Assembly: GCA_001938485.1 (NCBI GenBank)
Contig: MQRK01213447.1
Location: forward strand, 1-64,000
Length of the DNA: 64,000 nucleotides
From: Girardia tigrina
Lineage: Eukaryota
Reading direction: 5' to 3'
Position numbers and translations under genes: made by a program. The notes below the pieces were generated by a model. That model was not told where the DNA came from. It ran no database searches and saw only the letters and a program-made list of their open reading frames with translations. This document shows positions 25,282-38,900 of the stretch, piece by piece. Within the stretch, counting starts at the first letter, position 1; each line of letters opens with the position of its first letter.

Positions 25282-26612
25282 TTAGGTGTACAAGTATGAA
25301 ATGCGGATTAAATTTTGAAAAGAAATACGTTAAAAACAAAAGAACGATAAAAAAGCTTTATTCAAAATATCCTCCATTACTAATGATACATTTGTCCCAT
25401 CTATATCTCAAATTGTGGATACCTCGCCAGTAAAAGTCTTCCTTTTTTTCCATGAACCATTCATCGACCCATTTTTGCACATTTTCGTAAGAATCAAAGC
25501 GCTGCTGAGCAAGTGCGTGACCCATCGAAGTAAACAAATAGTAATCTGAAGGAGCCAAGTCTGGTGAATAAGCCGCATGAGGTAAAACTTCCCAATTCAT
25601 TTCCTCCAACATGGCGCGAACCGGTTTTGATGTATGTGACGAAGCGTTGTNNNNNNNNNNNNNNNNNNNNNNNNNNNNNNNNNNNNNNNNNNNNNNNNNN
25701 NNNNNNNNNNNNNNNNNNNNNNNNNNNNNNNNNNNNNNNNNNNNNNNNNNNNNNNNNNNNNNNNNNNNNNNNNNNNNNNNNNNNNNNNNNNNNNNNNNNN
25801 NNNNNNNNNNNNNNNNNNNNNNNNNNNNNNNNNNNNNNNNNNNNNNNNNNNNNNNNNNNNNNNNNNNNNNNNNNNNNNNNNNNNNNNNNNNNNNNNNNNN
25901 NNNNNNNNNNNNNNNNNNNNNNNNNNNNNNNNNNNNNNNNNNNNNNNNNNNNNNNNNNNNNNNNNNNNNNNNNNNNNNNNNNNNNNNNNNNNNNNNNNNN
26001 NNNNNNNNNNNNNNNNNNNNNNNNNNNNNNNNNNNNNNNNNNNNNNNNNNNNNNNNNNNNNNNNNNNNNNNNNNNNNNNNNNNNNNNNNNNNNNNNNNNN
26101 NNNNNNNNNNNNNNNNNNNNNNNNNNNNNNNNNNNNNNNNNNNNNNNNNNNNNNNNNNNNNNNNNNNNNNNNNNNNNNNNNNNNNNNNNNNNNNNNNNNN
26201 NNNNNNNNNNNNNNNNNNNNNNNNNNNNNNNNNNNNNNNNNNNNNNNNNNNNNNNNNNNNNNNNNNNNNNNNNNNNNNNNNNNNNNNNNNNNNNNNNNNN
26301 NNNNNNNNNNNNNNNNNNNNNNNNNNNNNNNNNNNNNNNNNNNNNNNNNNNNNNNNNNNNNNNNNNNNNNNNNNNNNNNNNNNNNNNNNNNNNNNNNNNN
26401 NNNNNNNNNNNNNNNNNNNNNNNNNNNNNNNNNNNNNNNNNNNNNNNNNNNNNNNNNNNNNNNNNNNNNNNNNNNNNNNNNNNNNNNNNNNNNNNNTATG
26501 AGACACTACATAATTACTCAATATTATGACATCATTGCCTAACCATTGACCTACTTTTTGCATTGTGCACAATCCGTTTTCAGAAATCCGCATTTCATAC
26601 TTGTACACCTAA
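25282..26612 (-). mobile_element. mauritiana-subfamily (Mos1-like) mariner, full length, interior in an N gap
   Basis: Perfect 28-bp TIR TTAGGTGTACAAGTATGAAATGCGGATT with TA on both sides, about 1.33 kb span. Open C-terminus NWEVLPHAAYSPDLAPSDYYLFTSMGHALAQQRFDSYE...GGYFE*. Confidence 0.95.
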
Positions 26613-26859
26613 TAATAATAATAAAATGATGACACCTTTTTTTTAAAAAAATATTTAAGTTAAAGTTTAATTAATATTAATATATCCCGATGGTTTTACA
26701 TTCAGTTTTCGATAAGAAAGGTGTAATAACAAAATTATAAATGATATAAATTATATATTGTAAAAAAATCAAAATCAAAATTATACATTGAAAATAAAAA
26801 ATTATTTAACTAAATAATTTAGTAGTATAACTTTACTATGACGATAAAAAATCGAAACA

Positions 26860-27300
26860 ACAGAAACTTCCTTTTGTGTCTGTTGTCTGAATCACTGCTC
26901 TCGATGACAGTAGGCCAGACCACATAGTCGTGAAACGCCCCAGTGTTTCTCTGCATCTGCTCTTCTGGTCTCGGTTGACGTGCACTGTCGTCACGCCGTT
27001 GTGTTTGAGGGAACTCTGTCGGACTGATCGACAAGAGTGTCGCGCACGACTCGATTGGGGTTCGACTAAGCAGCTTCTCGCAGAAACTACGGTGCAGTAG
27101 TATTATCACCAGTCGGAACCATCAAATGTGGGTAATGATCAGCATGGTTGTGGTCATCTTGAGTTGATTTCTTTTGGAAATCTATCGAAATTTGTAGTGA
27201 AACTTTGACACAATCTTCCGAAGCGAGCATAGTTGAGTTTTTATTGCCAAACATTAAGTTCCATCAAGATGAAGGGATCATAAAAGCGATGATAGCAAGG
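26860..27300 (-). pseudogene. Possible Gypsy pol C-terminal relic
   Basis: GC-rich patch. Minus-strand peptides SKRNQLK and RRDDSARQPRPEE...FHDYVV resemble the RH.NQL ... RRS.R.R.PP..L.DYV end of Gypsy integrases. Confidence 0.3.
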
Positions 27301-28307
27301 TACAGAAAAGTCGCTCTAATAATCATGTATTTAATAAAACTGCAGCGTGTCCGACATTATTTAAACAACTGATATGATGGATAAAACCGGAATCTCCGCA
27401 CAAATTTTTGAATAAAGAAATTGATTAAAAGAAATTGTCTTTTGAATGTCTGTAATTAGAAAAAGATTTAAAGATAAGCTGTCTGTCTGTCTAATAATAT
27501 ATCTATTCTAATTATATTTTGCAATCGATAAATGGCTTCATCAAATGGAAAATCATTGAACAGATTATCAATGGTTGCTAGCTCGAATTTTTGCTGCTGA
27601 CTGGCAATGAGCATCACAAGAGGCAATCCGAGGAGCAATTCGATTTCATGGTATTCTCGGTCAAGTGCGTTAAAAGATGTAAATTTATAAAAAATAAAGA
27701 AAGGAATCAAAATGCGATATATGAAAACGAAGGAGGAATAGAAACGGTCCTCGTAAGGGCCATAATTAAAGATTGTAAAATACGGCTACAATTGAACCTG
27801 ACCTCATAAGGGTAATAAATTGCGATTATGGCAAAAACAAAAGCACGCTTCCAAAATTCAGATATATTCGAAATCTAAGGGTTGTTCAACTGAGTGACCG
27901 TAACGTTCTCCTATTTTATTTTGATGTTGTTTGTTCCGTCACAACAACGCAATCGAACTATCATATTTACCTTACATTATTCGGCTTGTTTCAGAATGAA
28001 TTAAAAAAAAAATAATTTTATCTAAATTTATCTATATAATTATATATATATGTATATATGAATATATATGTAAATATGTTGCGTTATGATATATATATAT
28101 ATATATAATTATTTTATTTAGAGATTCGTTTGTTTTAACGAATCAGTTTTTGTTAAAGTTGGGATATCTAATAAAGATATATATAAAAAATCGATTTTTT
28201 TCTTAATCATTTTAACCATTTCAATGATTATGTCTTGGCTTTTAACTAGGGAATTTTACGTAAATGGATCTCAAAAATTAATGATAAATGCATTTAAATT
28301 GGCAATA

Positions 28308-28492
28308 GAAAGTCAAGCTCTTTGGAATCGGTTGCAATCGGTTGGCAGAGATGGAAAATTGAATTTTAACTGTGATCATCCGAAAGACCCGGAAATAATA
28401 TTTCGATATGCTCGTATAATTCGTATAGCAAGTCAAGCCTTTTGGAATCTGTTACAATCGGTTGGCGGAGATGGAAAATTGAATTTTAACTG
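28308..28492. repeat. 120-bp-period tandem repeat running into an N gap
   Basis: AAGTCAAGC..TTTGGAATC.GTT.CAATCGGTTGGC.GAGATGGAAAATTGAATTTTAACTG occurs twice, 120 bp apart. Confidence 0.85.
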
Positions 28493-28931
28493 NNNNNNNN
28501 NNNNNNNNNNNNNNNNNNNNNNNNNNNNNNNNNNNATCGGCGAAAGAAATACGGTCCTCTTAAGGACCATAATTCATGATTGTGAACTCGAATTTTGGAC
28601 CGCATCCTCATGGGCCCGGATGCTGGTGATTAACCAAAGTAGTTTTCTGGTTAATAATTTTCCACGGCTTGTTATATAAACATTTATATTTTTACATATG
28701 TGAAGAATATTTTGAATGTTTGATGTTTTGTGTTGGAATGTGTATGTTGATTTGGAAATGTATCTCTCCTACCCAGATGGATGATTAATATTTGAATTCT
28801 TATTATCTAAAAATATGCAATGTTTAAATTTATTTGTAATTTAAAATAATTGTAAAATTTTAATTAAGTTAATTAATTTTATTTACAATTTATAATAAAT
28901 AAATAGAATTAATATTTTTTTAAATAATTAA

Positions 28932-29163
28932 CCCTCCGACCGCGTTTTTCTTTTCAAATTTGGTTTAAAAAACGTATTTTTTTAAACGCACGTTCGCACG
29001 GCAACTCAGGATCGGTTTTGTTTACTACAGAAAGACAGCTTGAACGGGCAAATAGCTGGAAAGCAACGTGAGAGAACATAAATAAATGCGAGTACATTCA
29101 AATCGCGTATAATTATACCAGTGGATGCTGCACGCGTAAATCGCGGGATACCCGGTCAGAGGG
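28932..29163. mobile_element. piggyBac-type MITE (232 bp)
   Basis: TTAA|CCCTCCGACCG ... CGGTCAGAGGG|TTAA: TTAA TSD and CCC/GGG termini. Confidence 0.85.
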
Positions 29164-31970
29164 TTAATAATCATTTTAATTTTTATCCAATAAATTTTGA
29201 GTAAATATTTTAATAATTATTTTTTTTCCATTTGCTAAAAATAATAAGATTAAAGTTATTAATCAATGCACTTGTTGGAAAGCTTTGACAAAGATTGTCT
29301 TCATGACAATCAAACTTGTTGTATTAATAAAAATATGACAAGTCAAATTGGTGTTCTTAATAACATAATATATATTTTTTTCAAGTAACAAATTATTAAC
29401 TCCTAAATTTGATAATTAAATTTTTTCTTCACAACAAGAATTATGATAATTATTATCATAGAAAAACCGTTTATTTTCCAAATATCAGAAATAAAATTAA
29501 TCTGTGTTTTTTCATTGGAAATTTGTTTTCTGCATCTCTGAATTCGCACGCGATTCTAGCGAGATGCAAACAGAAATTCTCCCGTCGAATCGTTCTCAGT
29601 TCCCAAAAACGAAATGGGAAATCTTGAACAAATATTCGAAAAAAGATTGTATCAAAAACAAATAATTCAAAAAAAAATCCAATGTTTATTCTCAATTTTC
29701 ATATCGATTTTAAAATTATTTTTTTTATATTTTTTAGTGATATTTATTATATTTATTTCTATGGTTATATGTAATAAATTATTGGGAAATAAATTAACCG
29801 CAATGAGGGAGAATCACTTCTGAAATTGGAAATTCAATCGAAGTGAATCAAAAGAGCAATTGAACAGCAAGGCAAATCATTAAGAGTTTATAAGTCAAGT
29901 CTCTTTTTTTCTCAAACTCTAATTTTTTTTGAAGAAAAAATTTTCTTTTAATGATTTCTTTCAATTTTTTCGCAATGTTTTTGAACTTGATTACTCGCAA
30001 ATTGTCCCAGTTTGATTATATCTTCCTTTGACGTGCTGTTCTTGAATTCGATATTGGTAATTAATTTTCTTTCCCAATTTCTTTATAGTTTTTTGTACCA
30101 TTATTCATTATTGATTTTTTTGCGCATAAATTATTCTTTTTTATCTTTTTAACTTAGATTGGTGGAGATTCTTAAATAATATTTTACCAATATTTCTTTC
30201 TTGAAAATCGTTATCATTTTCATATTTAAGGAATTAAAGAAATATAATGTACAAATAAATATATTATATTAAGTAATATTAATTTTTTTTAATACATTTT
30301 ATATTTATTTTTATACATTTGATTGATTTATTTTTTTGTACTACAACTGAATTTTTATTTAAATATTAAATATTATATTGCAATTATTTTTTTAATTAAA
30401 ATAATTGAAATTTTTCACTTGTTTACCTTGCCCAAAGCTATTATTCGAATTTTATTTACTTTTACATTAATTAATCTATTTTTTAATATTTAATAAAATT
30501 TATAATATTATTAATATTAAAAAATGTACTTTCTCACAAAATGTTATTTTCAAGGAATTTTGAACTATAATTTTTGTGTAACATTCTTAAATTCGTATTA
30601 TATTTCTTATTTCTATTCCTTTTATTTTTATAAAATGATTCCATTCTTTAGCAATGGTTCTCATATTTTAAACTTGAAAACCTCAACAAAAGAAGATTTT
30701 GTCATTTTGATATGTTATATAAAGATAATTGAAATAATAATTTAAGATCTTTGTATTCAACTAATATTAAACATTTGCCTAAATGAAACAGTTTGGAAGA
30801 AATGTTTAATAATTCTTTTCAGTATTTTAGCTAAATTTTACCTAAATTTAAAATATAATTTTAATATATAGTAGGAAATCTGTTATTCAATGTATTTGTA
30901 TCACTTAAATGTAGATAAAATTTTACAAAGAAGACTTTACCATTATCAGCGAGTAAGTCTTAGTTAACGGTGGCCACAACAACGTGGAGACATTTCACTA
31001 TCCTTAGTAAACATGGTCTTGTCTATGCAAACGGGTCAGAAAAGAAACTTGAAATGACTTTTCAGATTTTCATTTCGGATCATGTGCTGAACCATTGTTA
31101 AGTGAATATCATTATAAAACTAATCTAGGACTATGGATACTTCTTTCGTCCTTTCAACCTTTAGAATTAAGGTATACGTTTGATACAACGCAAAAATTTA
31201 CACATTTCTTTACATTTTTTTATTTAATATCAATTTATCCGAATTTTTGATTTTTTTTATTTTACTTGATGTTTTTCTGATAACTTGTATAACGTGCCGA
31301 GTAATTATGTTAAATCAGAAAAATTATCAATCTTTTAGTTTGTTATATTTTGACCAAGACAATGATCTCAATGTCGCAAGTCTGAATTCCACACAATTAA
31401 CAATCCTGATACCGTTTTGATTTGATTTTTAGTAAATAATGGATTTTATTGAACTTTAATGAATTTACTATTGAATTTTAAATTAATATTAAACTTTCTT
31501 CTTTGGAGGAAATACATAAAGAGGATATGATAATATGTATATTTCACAGAGTGTGAATTTCTGTAGTAATTTTGAAATGGCAGATTATATTTCGAATATT
31601 CAGTATGCATATGTTTTTAGCAGCGATCGAAATTTTCCTGTAAATGTTGATTTTGAGTTATATATTCTTTGCTCTAGATCATTTAATATCCTTCATCATC
31701 ATTCAAGACCACAGTCGATTTTTCAAAGTAAAAGTATTTTTTTCCGTTAAATATTTAAATGATTTTGAAAACACTTAAGTTTTTTTTTAACCGGAATTCA
31801 GATATATTTAAATTTAAAATATTTAAACTTTCAATGTTCACTGTAAAATAAAAATAGAAAATGATTTAACAAAAATAAAATAAACTTGTTAAAATTGAAG
31901 GGGATGAGTGCTTTATCATTTAAAAAGATAAAATTTGAAACACAAAAATGTAAAAATGCACATGTAATAA

Positions 31971-32405
31971 GGTCTAGTTCGTAAAATGCATAACGCATAT
32001 GGGGGGAGGGGGTTCTGTGAAAGTGTGACACTTTGTGACAAGGGGGAATTTGTTACATCCCAAAAAATGATTATTATTGAAATATTTTTTCAAAAAACTT
32101 GATTTAACATTAAAATTATATGAATTATGTAAATTTTATTACAGGATGAATTACTTTTAAAGTCGCTATAGTTCCTTTCAAATTGAGAATATGTCAATTT
32201 TTACAATTGAAAAGCATTTAGCTCAAATTTTGGAAAAAAATGATATGAGAAATAAATAAAATATTGTAGTTTGTATATTTTTTGTTTTTGTGATTTGTGA
32301 TGTGACACCTAGGGGGGATCGTATAAAAGTGTGACAGTTTGTGACAAGGAGAAGTGGGGGTCTAAAAATCCAAATTTTTGCGTTATGTATTTTACAAACG
32401 AGCCC
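31971..32405. mobile_element. PIF/Harbinger-type MITE
   Basis: TAA|GGTCTAGTTCGTAAAATGCATAACGC ... GCGTTATGTATTTTACAAACGAGCCC|TAA: 26-bp TIR with 4 mismatches, 3-bp TAA TSD, subterminal GTGTGACA repeats. Confidence 0.85.
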
Positions 32406-32409
32406 TAAT

Positions 32410-32746
32410 CTTGAAAGCCCAAATCTGTATGCATGTATGAATGTATGTCCGTAACGTTCAATACATACTATGATTAAAATTCGTATTGGTGAAGGAATCG
32501 AAGCGAATTCATGAGGTAATTCTTGATAACCCGCATAAAGACGGTTCTGTCGGTACAGTGTGTTTGCCGAAGACACCGGGAAGCCGACGAAAATCGTCCG
32601 AAAACCGTGTTGGTCGACTGACTGTTAAATCCACAGTAAATTTGAAACACTAAATAATAAATTATAATAATAACTATTTAAAAATTAAAACAGAAACTTT
32701 CAAAGACGAAAATTCAGCTCTCCGTCATACATGACCTATTTCTAGT
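32410..32746 (+). mobile_element. Non-autonomous Helitron-like repeat (related copy at about 54600-54785)
   Basis: TGTA-type microsatellite near the 5' end and a CTAG-T 3' end. The core CCCGCAT..AGAC..TTCT.TCGGTACAGTG...GCCGAA...GACGAAA..CGAAAA.CGT..TGGTC is shared with 54690-54785. Confidence 0.5.
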
Positions 32747-34092
32747 ATTAAATAAGATTCAAAATCTAATATTTTTCATTTCTTTTCAAAGTCTGTTTTA
32801 TCCTATCTTAAAAAAAGTTTTCATTTTCTATTTTTTTTTCGACACTGTCTTTCTTCTTATTTTTATCTTGAAAGTGAGACATTTGAATCTTGATGTATTT
32901 ATCTCTTTTGCCTTTCTCTTTCTAGAGACGATCTAATTGAATTTACCCATACCATTTACACCTTACACGACAAATATTTTTTCTTAATCTTATAAAAATA
33001 TTTTTATGTGATATTAATAATAATAAAAAAATATATTTTACAATAAAAATATCAACTTAAAAGTAAAAGAATAGATGTTGTAGGCATTACTTGCTGTCTA
33101 GCATTCATAAATCCCTCTGAATTATCATAAAATTCCAAAACTTTCCTCTTGTTTTCAATAAAATAGACTAAACAAATAGAAATTATTTTTTTCTAATATT
33201 TATTTAAACTAACAAAAAAGTTCATAAAGAATATTTTGTATTCCAAAAAAATATTATTTTCAGTTTGAATAATAATAATAATAAAAATTCTTTGAAACGA
33301 TAATTATGTTAATATTTTAAATAATTTTATTTGTATTTAAGGCCTTTCCGTTCTCAATAAATTTCCATGTTGAAAATTCCGATTATTTAGTGAAATCGTT
33401 TGGAATCCAAAACAAAATCGCATTAATTGAATCCTGTTTGAGAGATTTTACCATAAAACAGGTTATATATATACTATTTAATGATTTTATATTATATTAT
33501 TTCATATGTTGATTTATTTGTTGAATTCTAGAACTGAAAATCATTAATTGCGAAATTGTCAACCTAAAATAGCTCATAAATCATATTTTATCACCTGCAA
33601 TATAAATTTATTTTAATATTTGAAAATCCTCAATTTTTTATTACCATTTCTGTTTCATTCTTATCTAAACAGATAACTTATAAACGGCTTTTTAATTATT
33701 TATCTTTTCCTTCAGGTGTGAATGTCTCTTCCTAGATTTCGGATTCTTTTAATGACTTTTTTTAATAATATTTTCTGATTTAATTTTCTTATATAATTTA
33801 ATTATTGAAAAAATAATTATAGTGAGCTTCTTCTTCTCAACTTTATGCATGGTTAATGTGGTTGCTTTCTTAGTATCAAGTCAAAATGGGTAATTAAACC
33901 TTCTAACTAAATTGTCTCATTAGGCTACTGATATGTAGAGAACCGAAAAATAATTTTAGTATCATTAATAAAAACCTTAAAATTAATTTATTTTTAAACT
34001 AAAAGCAAAATAAGAAATATAAAATAACCAAAGAATAATGTTTACACTCACTCCTCCAGTTTTTAGAAATATAAACGGCCGAAAATCAATTA

Positions 34093-34882
34093 TTAGGTTG
34101 GTACAAAAATTGTGTCAGTTATTTTAAAAACTGTAAATAATTTTATTAATGTAATTTTGTCTCATGGATTTTATATTATATATTCTTAGGAGCATTTTGA
34201 TATATTATTTGCATTGTATAGTTTTAGCTATACAAACTTATTGATTTTAAGAACAAGTTAAAATATCAAAAAAGCATGAAGAAAAACATAACTTGATTTT
34301 CCATAAATTCAAACTTAGTCTTAACGCAGAGGAAGGGTCTAAAAGGATTTGCTGTAGCAATGACTGAGATTCCTTGAATGAGATTCCGCTCCGGCAATAC
34401 ACATCGTAAAGCCTTCCGGGTGCCCAACAACCATGGGTAAACACTGCTACGCCGTTTCCTTAAAGCGGATCTGACCCAAACAACGACCCCTTAGAAGTTT
34501 ACTGCACTCAATTACACTATGCTTTGGGTATCAATAAGGCTCGTGTTGGATTTCAAAATGACCTCGTGTTTCACGCCGGACTCGCCAAAAACTTAAATAA
34601 TTAGGTTGGGATGTTCTGAACCACCCACCATATAGAACAAACGTTGCCCCATCCAACTATCATCTTTTCCGGACACTGGAATTTTCTCTTCGCGTACTCC
34701 GCTTCATTGAAGATGAACATGTGGAACAGACTCCTCAAACGTTTCTCGACCTGAAAACGCCAGAATTTTATTACCATGTAATTTTGTTATTGTAACTCAA
34801 CATCATACATTCTTTAGTTATATAACATTGCGGTAAATACCAAAAAAATTCAGAAACCTGCATTTCCTTTGCAATAACCTAT
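34093..34882 (+). mobile_element. Degenerate, deleted mariner
   Basis: TA|TTAGGTTGGTACAAAA left end, ...TTTGCAATAACCTA right end. Internal GWDVLNHPPYRTNVAPSNYHLFRTL. Confidence 0.75.
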
Positions 34883-35835
34883 TATCTACATTGTTGCCAC
34901 ATGTGTGAAACATTCAAAATCAAGTAAATGTCATTATATTTCAAATAAAACATATTTAAAGTAACATAAGTAAGAAAACTAATAAGTGCAAAAGAATATA
35001 TATGCAATATCTTCAAAACAAAAACCAAGTCAACTTTTTCATGAACATATTTGAATTTAGAGCAGTTGAATTATCTATAAGAAGTTGATGTACTTAAAGA
35101 AGCAATTTTTTGTTGTACTATGTTATTTTATGTATATTAACAATTCATATAATGCCTATAAACTTAAAATTGACTTAAAACTTAAAAAAGACTATAAACA
35201 TTTTAGTTAAAAAATAAACTAATTATTCATAATAGATCTTTTAATTTTTAAAACATCCAAAAACAACTCTTGACACTTTACATATATTGAAATATATATT
35301 GAAATATTTAAAATAAATTTTTTTAATTATTATTTATTATCCGTTTTTATCTTCAAGATTATACTAGATCCAGTCATAAATTGTCATTTTCCTAATTATT
35401 AATCATTATTTACTTTCCGAAAAATATATTAAAAATCATTTTTTAATTTCTTGTTACAATGTACAAATATTTGTCTCCTTTTTTTGCTTAACACTCATTT
35501 AAGAACAAAAAAAGAATTTACTCGACGTTGAAGTACTAGAAATATTTTCAATCATATTACTTACCTATTGTTATAATTAAAAAATAAAATGATTAAAAAT
35601 GACTTTTTAATCAAAAAATATGTTTTTTATTTAATTTGAATATAACGAAAATTATTATCTCGCGAAAATGAGTAATAAGGAAATGATATAAATGATTATT
35701 ATAAATAAGATATAAGATATAAGATATAATAAATCTGTTTAATTGAGTTGAGAGAGCTCGTAAAAGAGTTGGAATTGTAGAACGATATACAAAATTTGAA
35801 AACAAAACAAAAAAATAGCTAGCAACTCGGATCAC

Positions 35836-37572
35836 TTGATTGGGAGACTAAAGCCGGAAAAATATCAGAGACAGGACAATGTCGAAACATTTATATCGGC
35901 TTGTGCTCGATATTGCAAAGTGGCAAAGGTCCAGGAAAATATTCAGGAAATATTGGTGATAGGGTTATTGTCCCACGAGTTAATACCAATATATGAAAGT
36001 GTTCCTGCGGATATAAAAGGATATGAAGCCCGACTTCGTGAAGCTTTCCTTAAGAAAAGCACATTGACTTAGAAGAGGCTGTACATTTCGAGAGGTCCGG
36101 TGAATCGATCGAGGAGTACTTTGCTAAAGTAAATAAATTAGCAGAGAAATTAGTAAAACACCAATGGACAAAAGAGGAAATAGAAAGATGTCTTCTAATT
36201 CACGGATCAAAGGACAGTGATGTGAAAAAGGAGATTAAACTCAGAAACATAAAGGAGATACCGGAAATATAGAACGTGATGAGGAAAGTAGATGAAATCC
36301 GGAGATCTGAAAAACCGGTTCATGCGGTAAGACCAACGTATAGAGAAGCGATAAAAAGAGGAAAAACAGCCGGGAACTCGGTGAGGAAAACGGAAACATC
36401 GGAGAGACGACCTCCTTTGCGTAACAACAATACATGCTGGAACTGCAAAGAAATAGGCCATAGAAGCATTGAATGTAAGCGAGAAAAGAGGATCACGTGC
36501 TACGCATGTGGAGAAACGGACCATGTGCGCCGAGAATGTAAGACGATAATATGTAACAGGTGTAACGATCCAGGACATAAGGCGGATGTGTGTTACACGA
36601 ATCTGAACCGACGTCATCACAGAAGGAACGAGTATCAAGAGAGAAAAGAATATCATGGGAGAACACAGAGGGACAATTGACAGCCACCACAGAGTCAGGA
36701 AAGAGACGGGAGAAACTGGAAGTCGGAGGAATACCTGAGAGGTTTTCAAAGAGGACGACAGATAGCAATGATGAAAGAAGAAGAGTGCAGAGAATCTGAA
36801 AAAAACGAGCAATGCCAAGACGACGAGGAACCGATGTTGGCACTACAGTAAGTCTTTCATTACACAAACCAAACCATATAAATTATATATATAATAGTAA
36901 TAATATCAGTAATATAAATAATATTAGTAGTAAATTAAATAATAGTAGTCGTTTTAATAAAAGTGATAAAAATAAGTCACAAAGTATGAACGACCAGGAA
37001 CCAGAAATAGATCATAAAGTGATTAAGTTTATTAAAAAGATATCGGATAAATCGGGAGAACTCTTAATAATTAATAATGAGGAAAATGTACCGATTATGT
37101 ATAACAAACTACAGGGACGGCCAAGCATAAATGTTACGATTGAGAACATCGAGATTGAATGCTTATTAGATACGGGAGCTGCATTAAACGTGATAAACGA
37201 AGAACTGGTTAAGAAAATAAATAACATAAAAGTGGAACGAACAAATCAAAAATTGACGGCAGCAAATGGGTTACAAATGGATGTTAGAGGAGAAATGGAG
37301 ACGGTAGTGAAAATTGGAAAAAAAAGTGGAGAAAACAAGATTTGTAATAGTGAAAAGTTTAAAACCAGACATAATAGGAGGCATACCATTGATGGAATAG
37401 TTCCGGATAGAACTACAATGGAAAGAACAAAATCAAGAAAATAGTAAAACCAATATATGTGAAATCGAGGCGAAATTTGGAGAAAAGATTACGGATGAAG
37501 ATCGAGGTAAAGAGGCACTAAAAATGATAGAAACACAGAACGATAAATCAATAGAGAAATTAATTGAATATT
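35836..37572 (+). mobile_element. Gypsy LTR retrotransposon fragment: gag (3 CCHC knuckles) and aspartic protease, truncated before RT
   Basis: CWNCKEIGHRSIEC, CYACGETDHVRREC, CNRCNDPGHKADVC; protease LLDTGA and LTAANG. Stops and frameshifts present. Ends shortly before a TA repeat. Confidence 0.9.
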
Positions 37573-37595
37573 GAATAAATTCTAAATTTTTCTCT

Positions 37596-37636
<41 letters not shown>

Positions 37637-38739
37637 AAAAAATTGCAGTACTGTTTTACTGCATCAATTGTAATAATTTGTAATTGAAATAATAAAATTT
37701 GTAAAAAGTGAATTGACTTTTCGTTTTTGCATTGAATTCGAAATCGAAAATTTGAAAACAAAATTTATAAAGGGTTAACTAAATACAACTTAAAAAAGTT
37801 TAAAAAGCAATCGTAAAAGATTCTGATAAAATGATAGAAGACATGGCCGGGAATCCCGAAACCAAAGTTCTCCTACCCATGCATCATGGGCAAGCTTTAT
37901 TTCTACTTTATAACAATTTAATAGAAGTAATATTTAGTGTCAGTAGATATTCATTCGTATTTCATCATTTTCCTAATTTACTCATCGTAATAATTAAATT
38001 ATTTTATCCAATTTAATCAATCAACGAGAATCAATTATTATAAATTGATCAATCTGTCGATGGGACATCGTTAATTTCCTGTTCGGAATTAATTACCAAT
38101 ATTAATATACAATAATGATATATTCTATGTTGTTTTATCTTCATTAAATTGATGAAGAATTGCGTTTCAGGGGGAACGATTGACATCGAAGCAAGAATGG
38201 CGAGACTGCGACTTTTATATGTGGGGCAAATGTGGAAGAATTCTTGTTGCTGTCGAGAACAATAATTCCGTGTCTAGAGTTAGTTAAGAGATTTACTTAT
38301 TTGTAGTTGAAGCGCCTCAATATAATGTGAACTAGCATACTTTGTTATTTACATTTTCGATAGATATTTTGCACAAAAATAACTTAATAGTTTTATGTGT
38401 TCTTTAATCTGTAATAAAACAATATTGTCAGTGCAGTTCTGAATAATGCATACAACAAAATGATAAACTTAAAGACATCCCTCAATCAACTAAACTGTCA
38501 CTGACACTCAACTAGATTATACCGACAGAATATTCAGGTTTGACCGCAAATGACCGTAGAAATTACTTATTTAACAGTTTCAAAAATATTTCTTGCGCCA
38601 AAAAAGAAGTGAGTGAAAACATAATTTGTTGTTTCAAATAAAATTTATTTTCCAAAACAGAGAAAGTTTATTTCTCAAATAAAATCATATTTTCTCTAAG
38701 ACATTTTTTTCAAGTGCATAACAAGATTCAAAATGTTTT

Positions 38740-38900
38740 TAGCGAAACATTACATTGACAAACATTTTTTAGATTGTATCTTTCAAATCTTTTTTGAGCA
38801 AAGCCTTGGCTTCTGAGAACTCGCTTATGATGGTTAAGGAGATGATAAGTAGACATTGCTAAATCAGGACTGTAGGGAGGATAGGGAATAGCGACACAGT
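38740..38900 (-). pseudogene. mariner C-terminal relic
   Basis: Minus strand IPYPPYSPDLAMSTYHLL. Confidence 0.7.

Noticed and set aside
25358-26608. Long ORFs of 296-416 aa in the ORF track
   Set aside because: They are produced by translating through the N gap. Only the mariner C-terminus is real sequence.
36207-36867. Minus-strand ORFs of 203 and 124 aa
   Set aside because: Antisense shadows of the purine-rich Gypsy gag region.
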